A DNA stretch of 63,821 nucleotides, counting the filler, from Chrysochromulina tobinii (lineage: Eukaryota): the NCBI GenBank assembly GCA_001275005.1. It is 6 parts of 6 records of this genome, joined end to end, with 100 filler letters (N's around TTAATTAATTAA, not from the genome) between each part and the next. Parts side by side here need not be neighbours in the genome. Positions count along the whole stretch, not along the records: positions 9,799 to 17,987 come from JWZX01000561.1; positions 18,088 to 29,279 come from JWZX01000562.1; 4 more parts are not named here. The stretch is one strand, 5' to 3'. Each line of letters starts with the position of its first letter. Position 1 is the first letter of the stretch. The notes beneath the pieces were generated by a model, which was not told the DNA's origin, ran no database searches, and saw nothing but the letters and a program-made list of their open reading frames with translations. Both the position numbers and the translations under genes were made by a program. This document shows positions 9,840-20,134 of the stretch, one piece after another.

Positions 9840-10023
9840 CCCTAACCCTAACCCTAACCCTAACCCTAACCCTAACCCTAACCCTACCCTAACCCTAACC
9901 CTAACCCTAAGAACCCTAACCCTAACCCTAAGAACCCTAACCCTAACCCTAAGAACCCGAACCCGAACCCGAACCCCGAACCCGAACCCCGAACCCGAAC
10001 CCGAACCCGAACCCGAACCCTAA
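9840..10023 (+). repeat. Telomere-type (CCCTAA)n tract degrading into CCCTAAGAA and CCCGAA variants
   Basis: Read directly; lies about 40 nt from a contig start. Confidence 0.9.
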
Positions 10024-10277
10024 GTGCAAATTCCAAATATGCAACTTTTTTCCAAAGTGTAAAGACTTCCCGCTATGACTAACCTTTCAAAACGTACCAA
10101 AATGCGTTATGTACAAATGCATTTGCGTAGACGTACAAATACTGTCCAAATGCGTTACGTTCGGTGTCGTCGTGCTCGTGTCGTAAGGTCAACGGCTGAG
10201 ATATCTTCAGACAGTGGGCTTACTCTTGACCAAATGCGTAGACGTACTTAAAGAAATTGAAAAGAACCGCGTCGCGA

Positions 10278-13200
10278 TCACCCTTCTTGGTGAACGCGAC
10301 CGGCTGTTCGCAGTGCGTGGATAAACGAGACAAGCACCCAGCGGAAGTTGGCCGCTGCGCACACGGTTTGAAAGCCCAGAGCGTCCGTGCTAGCAGGCAG
10401 CATCTGCCGCCGGAGGGACTTGCGGATATTGATCACACTCTGACGGTCGGGCTCATGTTGGCAAAATGCCGTTTCGAGCTTATCATCGGTCTGCAGCAGC
10501 CACCCGGGCGTCGTGTGAGAGCTCACAGCAGGGTCGCTTGAGTTTACGATGCGCTGGGTAAAAGCTGAGGCGCTGAAGCCGTGCAGGCACCACATGGACT
10601 CGAAGTAAGTGCATCGATGGTCGAGCATGGGCGCATCGGGCAGCACGACGGTTTTAATGCGGAAGTGGGTGTTGGCGAAGCGAGCCCACCAGACATTCTG
10701 TTCCGCCTTGCGGCCCTCCTCCCAGTCGATGCTCGTCCAATCCCAGAGCACAAGATCCTCATCAAAAGCTTCATTATCCCTATCCAGCACTGCGACCAGC
10801 TTTTCGAGCCGATGGCGCTCCTTGTCTGGATGCTTCTCTTCGGCCCATCGGTAGTCTAGGCAGTAGAGCTGCACGTTGCTCGGCGGAGCGCCCACGTGTA
10901 GCGCTTTGGCCGGGGCGTGCTTTCGCTTTGGCACAACAAGCTGCTCCTTGTACCATCGACGCAGGAAGCCGACCCGCACCCAGGCAATATTCAGCCTGCT
11001 GCACGTTTCATTGAAGCCGGCGACGTCCCATCGCGGGTCGCGTTCCTCCTCAGGCTTTTTAATGAGCGTGTGGCGAGACGCTCGGGTGGATGGCTTGGAA
11101 GCCGCACAGCCCATCAGCAATGGACCGCGGTACCGCTTGGAAGAGATGAAATTGGAAGATAAGTCCAGCCAGTGCAATGTTCTGCCAGAGAGCGCCTCGG
11201 CGAGAGCCTTGCCGCCCTCATCCCCCAGCCCGTTGCTGTTGAGGCTCAGCTGTGTCAGCGTCGTGTTTGTCCGGAGCGCCATGGCGAGCGAGCGGCCGCC
11301 GGCATCGCCCAGCTTGTTACCGTTGAGGCTCAGCTGCGTCAGCGTCGTGTTCGTCTTGAGCACCTCGCCGATCTCCTTGCCGCTCTCCTCGCCGAGCTCA
11401 TTGCTACCCAAGTCGAGCAGCTCCGCCTCAACAGCAACGGGCTGGGCGATGCGGGCGGCTGCGCGCTCGCGGTGGCGCTCCAGACGAACACAACGCTGGC
11501 GCAGCTCGACTTGGGTGGCAACGAGCTCGGCGCGGAGAGCGGCAAGGCGATGGTCGAGGCGCTCAAGACGAACACGACGCTTCGTACGGTTGCGTTGGAC
11601 GGCGATGTTCTCTCGATCGCGGAGATCACCACAGCGGCAAGAATTACGCTTTCGGAGAAGCGCTTGGGCGATGCGTCGGGGATCGTGATCGCGCACCTAG
11701 TCACACGTCACCGGTCTTTGACGCGGCTTGACTTGAACAGCAACAAGCTGGGCGACGCGTGTGGCTGCGCGCTTGCCGAAGCGCTCAAGACGAGCACGAC
11801 CCTGACGCAGCTCGACTTGGGTGGCAACGAGCTCGGCGCGGAGAGCGGCAAGGCGATGGTCGAGGTGCTTGAGACGATCACGACCCTGACGCAGCTCGAC
11901 TTGGGCGACAACGAGCTCGGCGCGGAGAGCGGCAAGGCGATGGTCGAGGCGCTCAAGACGAACACGGCGTTGACGCAGCTCGACTTGGGCGGCAACGAGC
12001 TCGGAGCGGAGTGCGGCAAGGCGATGGCCGAGGTGCTCAAGACAAACAGGACGCTGAGGCATCTGAGCCTCAACGGCGCCAAGATGGGCGATGCGGGCGG
12101 CTGCGCGCTCGTGGTGGCGCTCCAGACCAACACGACGCTGGCGCAGCGTTAGAGTCGGGTTGAACTCGATGCACTTGGCAATCACAATTGCTGATGCATC
12201 TTCCAGGCTCTTCCAGGAGTAGTCCAGGAAATGAACTGGAACAGTGCCCTTCAGCTGCTCAATGTTAAGCTCAAACCCATCGATGTTCATCTTTTTAAGC
12301 ATTGTCATTAACTGCAGGTCAGACCCAATCAGGATGGCGTCGGCGGGTTGGAGGCTCTGGCCCGAGAGGTTGGCCTCCGTCTGGTCGCGCGTCATGCCCG
12401 AGAGCATGATGCAGTTCTCCGTGCCGATCTTGGCGAGCATCGTGGCCGACTTAATGTCGAGATTGTTCTTGAGCAGGCTGCAGTGTTTCAGCTCTGTGTT
12501 CTTCATCATGGCCGCCAGCACGATCCACACCGTCTTGGGGTCGCCGCCGAGCTTCTGCGAGAGGTCGAGCGTGTTGCCCGTCACCCCGGCCGTGCACAGC
12601 AGCCCACGGCCAAAGGCGTCGCCCATCTCGCTGCCGAACGTGACCACGTTGGCCCATAACGCCGGCCATTGCCACGGCGGCGGCGACCCCTCGGGGAGGC
12701 GGTACTTTCCCGAGCAGATGGCGCGCGCTGCAAAGTACTCTTGGAAGGAGTGGTGCGCCGACTGCATCTGGATCGGCTCGACCTGCAGCAGGCTGAGAAT
12801 AGGGAGCCTATCCTGCCCCACGCGCTCGCGAACCTGCGCGACCGCCGCCTGCTTCTCGTCGCGCAGCGCCTTGACCGCACTGCGCAGGGCAGGAAGGCGC
12901 CTCGCGTCCGCTCTCGCCATCTGCGCCCGGCAAGCAGCTTCATCCAGCCCGGACGATGCGAGCTGCTCGGGGTTCAGGTACCCTGTTGTGGTGCCGTCCG
13001 CCAACTTGACCTTGTATGGCTGGCTGTCCTTGTAGTCCTGGACAATCTCGCCGCGTTGGCCCTTCCGCTCGCCCTCCAGCAGCTCCACGTAGTGGCCCAC
13101 CTCCGCCCGGCCCTTGAACGTCTGGAAAGGGTTCGCCACCTTCGCATCCAGGTCGGCGAGCGCGCTCGCCGGCGCAAAGGCGCCCAGCGCCGCGCGGAGG

Positions 13201-16200
13201 AGCTGCACGTCGGTGATCACGCGCGTCTGCGCCACGTGCGCCTCGAAGAACACGGCTTCCAGCAGCATGCGCCTTTCTGCCGTCCCGCCGCCGCCGCGCG
13301 CGAGCATCACGTCCGATGCGATCGCGTACAGCTCGGCGACCGTCTTCGGCATGCCCAGCCCTTTGCGGATCTCGAAGACCGACGCGACCATCGAGAGCAT
13401 CAGCGGGTTGGCCGTGACGCGATGCAGCGTCGTCGGCGCGTCGGGGTCCGTGCTCGTTGGCATGCGCTCGACAAAGGTCATCAGCTGCTTCACGTCCCCC
13501 TCATTCCCCAGTCGCTGCAGCAGCGCCTGCTCTTGCTGCGCCTCGGTCAGCGGCGCCAGGTTCAGCAAGCGGAATCCGGAAAAACGCGCCTCGTCGACGC
13601 CCGCCGGCCGCGAGGTGCAGAGCATCACGTGGCCCTGCGGTGCCAGCACCTCAACAATATGCTGCTCAATCTCGGCGCGCTTGGCTCCGGCCTCGTTGAG
13701 CCCGTCGAGGAGGAGCAGCGCTCGCCGCGCCGTCATCGCCTGGCGCAGCATGCGGTACACCTCGGGCCTCTCAGTGAGGCAGAGGTACGCGTCGATCCAG
13801 TTCCAGTGCGACGCGAACGCGTCTGGTGTATCGCGCAGCCTCGCCTGGAGCAGCTGCACCTTGATCACGATGGGCACCAGCTCGGCGCGATCGAGCGCCA
13901 GGACCACCGCCTGGCTGATGAGCGTCGTCTTGCCCGCTGCGGGCGGCGCGGTGAGCAGCGCGGCTCCCGGGGCAGTGATCGCCTCGCCGAAGCTTCGTGA
14001 AGCGTGTAGCGAGTGCAGCCAATCGCTCAGGCCGCGCACGTCGTGCACGCCAGCCAGATCAGCATCTCCCATCACTTCGATGGCCACGCACTGCTGCAGC
14101 GCATCCAACGGATTGCCGGAGAGCGCATCGAAGATCTGCGAGTGCTGCGTGCGCAGCTCCCGCGTCCACCACCCGCTAAGCGCCTCGTAGGCGGCGTGCG
14201 GCAGCTCGCGCGGCGCGTGGTTCCACGGGTGCAGCGTGAGCGTGGCTGGTGACTCGCCGCTGCCCTCCAAGAAGGTGAGGCCATGGCAGAGGCCGTCGGC
14301 GCCCGCCGTTGCCACGTTGGCATCGCGCCACCCGGCGGCCGTACGCACGGTGAGCGGCTGGCCGGCGGCGTAGCGCCGGGCGCCGAGCGCGCCGCTGGAG
14401 AGCAGCGCCGTAGTGACCATGGCCTCGGGCAGCAGCCTCTCGACCGCCGCACGCACCTTGCCGAGCGCGGCTTGGAGCTGCGTCAGATCGCCGTCACCAA
14501 AGAGCGCCGCCGCTGCGTCTACGCACGACCACACAGCGCCGCCCGCCTCGCGCGCCACGTGCGCGATCGTTTGGCACCGCGCTGCGCCGTCGGCAATCGC
14601 GCGCGCTCGCTCGCCGACGGCGAGCAGCGCCGATTCCGACTCCATCCGCCGAGCATCGTCCGCCAGGCGGCGTGCAGGCTCGACGAGGTTGTGGAGCGCA
14701 CGCGCATCGCCGATAAACGCGGCGTCCCAGCCGGCAGCGGGCGGCCGCCACGGCAGCACCGCCTGGCTGCATCGGTCGTAGGCGAGCTCGAACTCATCGC
14801 CGCCCGTGACGGCGGCAGCGACACGCCCCCCGGTCGCATCGACGACGCCAAAGCGCGGCCCGTCGCCCGCGCCGCTGCCCTGCGAAGAGAGCAGGAGCAG
14901 CGGCTGTCCCTCGGCAAGGCGCAGCGGCGACGCGGCAGGCGCATCGACCTGCGGCAGCGGCTCCGCCGGCGCGGCCGTCGCGCTGTGCGACGCCATCTGA
15001 AGCGCCCCGAGCGTCTTTGTCAGCGCGCCGACGGTGTTGTGCACGTACTCCTTATAGAGGCTGATGACCTTGTGCTTTTCGCCCTTGCTCGTGAACTTAG
15101 ACTTGTTGATCCGCTCAATGTCAGCGGCTACGTCGAGCTCGATCGCCGTAACCTCAACCGCTGTCGCGTCCGCGTCGCTGCTCAGCGCGAAGACCTTGGG
15201 CTGCAGCTGATCGAGGGGCTTCCGGAGCGCGGGGTAGGCCGTCAACCGCTTTATGAGGTCTCGGCTCAACGAGTCTTCCAAGCAGCACCTGCGCGGGAGA
15301 GTGCGGCAGGCGCGTGAGGGTTATGAAAGGGGATCCAATCACATCTGCAGAATAGGACGGGCAGCACTCACCATCCACGAGAAAAGTACGGCGTCTCATT
15401 GTAGAGCGTGTCGAGCCCCTCGCATAGGCCGGGCCATGAACCCGCGTTCTTGGCCGCGACGGCAGACTCGTGCGAGGCAAAGCGCACAATGGGGGGGCTG
15501 TGGCTGAGGTCGCAGCTCTCAATAGTTCCGAACCCGATGAGCGCCGCGCGTACCGCGCTCTCGTCGACGTTTGCGCTCAACATGAACAAGCAGACAACGC
15601 CATCGAACTCGGCTGGCCGGGGTGGGATCTCCTCGATCTGGAGCACGGTCGTTGCGAGGATCGACGCAAACAGCAGATTCAACGCCCCCCCCTTGAGTGC
15701 CATCGAAAAGAACTCATCCTGCTCCGGGGTCCTTGGTCTCTGATACAGCGATCCAAAGTCCCAGAACAAGGCTTCAATTCGAATTGCCATCCCCTTCAGA
15801 GCGCGTCGAAGCGACGCGGATGCGCGAGCCGTCCGGATCTGGATCGCCTGGACTGAGCCAGCCGTAGGTAAGCGCGCCGATGCTCCGATCTCCACGCTCG
15901 ACGAGCGCTGCGGCCTCTTGAGGGTTCAGCAGTGGCGACGGCGAGACCCCGCTCTTTTCAATCTCCTCGAGCGCCTGCCGATTCGGCATCTTGAAGTTGG
16001 CTGGCTGCATCAGTAGCCACTTGACGCATAGCAACCGAACCGCTCCTCTCAGAAGGACTAGTATGATGATTTTGTCGAGCTCTGTGAGCGCCTGACGCAG
16101 CTTTGGCGGCAGCGGTGTACCTGGAGCTGCCTCCGGCACGTCAAGGCCGAGACTCACGAGCTTCCTCTTGTGTTGTTCGCCCACATCGTCGAGAAACACC

Positions 16201-16994
16201 GACCGCTCCTGCGCCGATGCACCTTCGTAGGCAGCCTTGATGTCCGCGTCTGGGCTCTCGTCGGTCAAAGCAGAGGCACCCGCACCCATGCCTCCTCGGA
16301 TGCGCAAAATCCCTGCCAATCGCTCCCCTGCCGCCAGCTCAATCACGTCAACAATGGAGATGCCGATCTCGACGTTCGTCGGCTCGGCCACCGCCCCTGC
16401 CGACGCCACCTCTGCCGACGCCGCCTCTGCCGACGCAGCCTCTGCCGATGCCGCCGCTCCCTCCGTCGCCGCTCCGGCCGCCGGCAGCACAACCTCTGTC
16501 TTCTTCCGCCTACAGTTGGCAGCCTTGGCGATGAGCTTGGGGATCTTGGTGCACGAGATGATGAAGATATGCACGGCGGAGGTAGTCATGAAGATCCAGA
16601 GGCGAGGATGAGTGAGGAACCAATGCAGAACTATGAGGATAGAGAGCGCGCCGTCCTTGTCGCGATTGAACGCATGGAAGGCCACGAGCTCCTCGATGAA
16701 TTGAATGGCCGGGTCGATGAAATACCCCACGGTGGCACGCGGCTTCGCCCACTGGCTTTGCTTCAGGGCACCCATCATGCCATCGAGAGAGCAGTTGCGA
16801 GAGATAAGCCCCATCGCAGCCTCACGCGTCCACATGAAATCGGCGGGGAAAGCGCCGCCGCCGCTGCTTGCCGTGGCTGCTGCTGCAGCAAGCGACGAGT
16901 TGTGGCGCTGCGGGGCTGAAAAACGGGCCTGAGAGGCATTTTTGCCGACCCCCCCGATGTCGAGGAGCGGATCGAGTCGAGTTGAGAGCGTCAT
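10278..16994 (-). CDS. NLR-like protein: HET-like + NACHT NTPase + ribonuclease-inhibitor-type LRR + second HET-like domain; disrupted as assembled (frameshift near 15812, LRR inversion 11418-12146); intron 15289-15371
   Basis: HET-like: ALTYGWLSPGDPDPDG...LFWDFGSLYQ...TTVLQ...PYFSRGW|CCLE. NACHT: TAPPAAGKTTL, LLLLDGLNE, CTSRP, ANPLML, HHSFQEYFAA. 28-aa LRRs TLTQLDLGGNELGAESGKAMVEALKTNT. C-terminal CLDYRW..HPD..VLWDWTSI..YFESMWCL. The start codon is tentative. Confidence 0.8.
11418..12146 (+). other. Inverted 729-nt (243-codon) LRR cassette belonging to the minus-strand NLR-like gene
   Basis: LRRs read on + only between these coordinates. The minus-strand reading breaks off at ...EFNPTLT (12147) and resumes at LDLGSNELG (11417). 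Confidence 0.9.
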
Positions 16995-18087
16995 GAGCGC
17001 GAGGAGTGTTCTAGTCGCCGTTCCGTGAGTTAAGTTCCTGTGAGTTGGAACACTCACGTGACATGGAGAATGGCCTTCCCCCGTGTCTCAGTGTGTATGT
17101 GTGTAGGTACGCGAAGCGTTACTGTGGGGAAACGTGAGGGGTAGGCGTTCGCTGGATTTGCGAGTCTCCGACGCGTGTCGCGTGGCTTGCTTGTGCCCGC
17201 CTGTGTGAGCGTGGCCTGCGGTGTTACCCGCAAGCAGTGTAAGCTGATTGAGAGACTAATCTGTCCTCGAACTTGGAACGTGGTGACGTCTGTGAAAAAA
17301 GATTCTAAAGTGAAAGGTAAGTACGTGTTTTTTTCTGTTTTTGCTGTTTATGCGGAAAAAATGGCGGCGAGGAAGCCTAATCCGGCCACCAATGGCCTCG
17401 GCTCGGATGGGGTCGACGGGTTGCAGCGCTGGGGCGACGTGCCGCCGACCGCGGTGGAAGCCGATCTGTCTGAAGTGTTCCTTCTCGAAGACATGGTCAC
17501 TTCGGCCTTCGTGATGAATGAGGAGCTTCATATCCTCTCGTGGTAGGGCGACGTGACGACGCTCAAGGTGGACGCGGTGGTGACTTGCAATAACGATGGC
17601 ATGAACGAGCGCGCGGGTGTTTCGGGCCAGCTCTTCGTTGCCGCTGGCCCGCAGCTCGACGAGAAAGCCACAGCCGAGAAGGCGGCGGCAAACAAGGCAG
17701 CAGACGCGAAAGCCGCTGCCGAAAAGGCCGCAGCAGCGGCGGCGGCGGAGGCGGCGCTTCGTCGTCATATGCTGTGCGTGCTTCCGTCGAGATGGCGGCG
17801 GCGGAGGCAAAGGCGGTGGCCGAGAAGGGGGCGGCGGAGGCCAAGGCGGCGGCCGAGAAGGCGGCGGCCGAAGCCTCAGTCGCGGCCAAGAAGGCAGCAA
17901 AGAAAACCGCGAACGGCGAACCGCGCGCGCGGGCCCCGCGGGCGCGCGCGCGCCCCGGGCAAGCGCCCCAGGGCGCCAGGAGGGCGCNNNNNNNNNNNNN
18001 NNNNNNNNNNNNNNNNNNNNNNNNNNNNNNNTTAATTAATTAANNNNNNNNNNNNNNNNNNNNNNNNNNNNNNNNNNNNNNNNNNNN

Positions 18088-20100
18088 CCCCCCGCGCCTT
18101 CTCCGCACATGCCCTCCGACGGCAGTCCCCCCGTCGATGGCATCTCGTCGACTCTCCCAAATATGGGTGGCAGCGACTCCACGGGCTCGTCTTGGCTCAC
18201 GTGGACCCAGGTGCTCAAGGCGACGCTCGTCTTGATTGCGATCTGATTGCGATCTGATTGCGATCTGATTGCGACTGGATTGCGATCTGAGCGCGTCTGA
18301 TTGCGTCAGAGTGCGTCCCTCTCCCCTCTTGATTGCATGCATCATCAGCCTGAGGGCGTCCCTCTCCCCTCTTGATTGCGCCCCTCCTCATCTTTGATTG
18401 CGTCCCTCATCACCTCTGATTGCGCCCCTCATCACGTGTGCATGCGTCCCTCATCACCTCTGATTGCGTCCCTCATCACGTGTGCATGCGTCCCTCCACA
18501 GAGTCGCGTCCAGCTGGGGCAGCACGCTGTCCCGGCATGGATGCTCACCCTCGGCGGCTTCGTGCTGCTCCTCATCGCGCTGTGCGTGCTTCTCGTGTGC
18601 TGCGGCTCGCCCAAGCGACGCAAGCTCACCATCCTAATGTGGTCACACCCGAATCCGGCCATGGGGCCCTTGTACATGCCCGACGAGATGCGCTGGGAGT
18701 TTGCCTTGGACATCGGGCTCGAGGCCCCCCCCTCGTTCTGCCGGGGCCTCGCGCTCCTCTGCTGCAGCAGCTGCAGCTGCAGCTGCTGCTGCTGCTGCTG
18801 CTTCCGAGGCGCGTGCGCGGTAGGGCGGCGCGCCGAGTCGGGCGTGGCCAGAGGCTCTCACGCCGGTAGAGGCGCCAAGATGGGCACTCGAGGCGCCAAG
18901 ATGGGCACTCGACGAGCGGCCGATAACGGCGGCGGCGGCAGTGGCGGCGGCAGTGGCGGTGGCAGTGGCGGTGGCAACTGTAGGGCCGGCACCGGCCGTG
19001 TCGCCCGCGACGGCGCCCGCGGAGGCGGCCGCGACGGTCGACCATGCGCGTCGCAGATCGTCGACTCGGCCGCCATCACCCTCACCGTCACCACCGCCGC
19101 CGTCTGCTCAGCACAGTCCACAGCGGCACAGGACACAGGCTACGACGCGCGCGGGCGCTTCAATCCACTTCGCCCGTCGAGGCTGCTCGTGCATTCAAAC
19201 CCAGCCATCCGTTGGTTCTATCAGCCGCCCGACGCGCCCTGCCTTCCGACGCGCGCGGCATGCCCACCACGGCGCGCGCCGTGCCCTCCGACGCGCGCGC
19301 CGCCCGAGGCCTATCACGCCGTCGACGCCGCCATTCGCCGTGCCGCCGCCCCTGGTGCCACGTGGTACCAGGACAAGGACGTCACCTGGTGCCACGGTTG
19401 CGACAAGGACGTGCCTTCAGTGGCGGCCGCGGCCGTGACTTTCGGACGTTCCAAGGACGTGACTTTCGGACGTTACAAGGACGTGACTTCTGTGGCGGCC
19501 GCGGCCGCCTCGTGCACGCACGCGCGCAAGTCGAGCAGACGACCTGGGACGAGTAGGTCCGCGTCGTCCCGGGCGCCGAAGCGTCACCCGTCGCCCGTCG
19601 CCCTTGAGGGTGAGATTGAGGGGGAGATTGTGGGGGAGATCTCGCTGCACGCGGGCGCCGTGGCGGGCGCTCCAACGCGGCGAAGCGCGTCGGGCGCGCG
19701 CCGTGCCCACCACGGCGCGCACCGTGCCCACCCCGGCGCGCACCCGGCACCTCGGGACACGACAGCGAGGCGGCCTGTGGAACGAAGCCCGACCTGTGGG
19801 GAACGAAGCCCGACCTGTGGGAACACGGCCTGTGGGGAACGAAGCCCGACCAAGCCGCCTGCCCTCGTTCGCATCCACCAGGAGCAGCAGGCCGCTGCTC
19901 AGCGCCGCTGTGAGGCCAACGCCGCCGCCGCTGTCTCCGCTGCCCGGGACGGCGTCTGCTCGGATCCAAACGGCCACGTGGTCCTCGCCCGGGACGGCGT
20001 CTGCTCGGAGCCCAGCCGCGGAGCTCACGACGACGATCTCCACAGGGGAGATCGAGCCGATCTCAGCAGGGGAGATCGAGCCGCCGCCGCCGTCTCCTCT

Positions 20101-20134
<34 letters not shown>

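Noticed and set aside
17361..17987. Possible gene (MAARKPNP... and AAAEKAA-rich frames)
   Set aside because: Interrupted by a stop and a frame change, low complexity and cut by the gap; no family recognisable.
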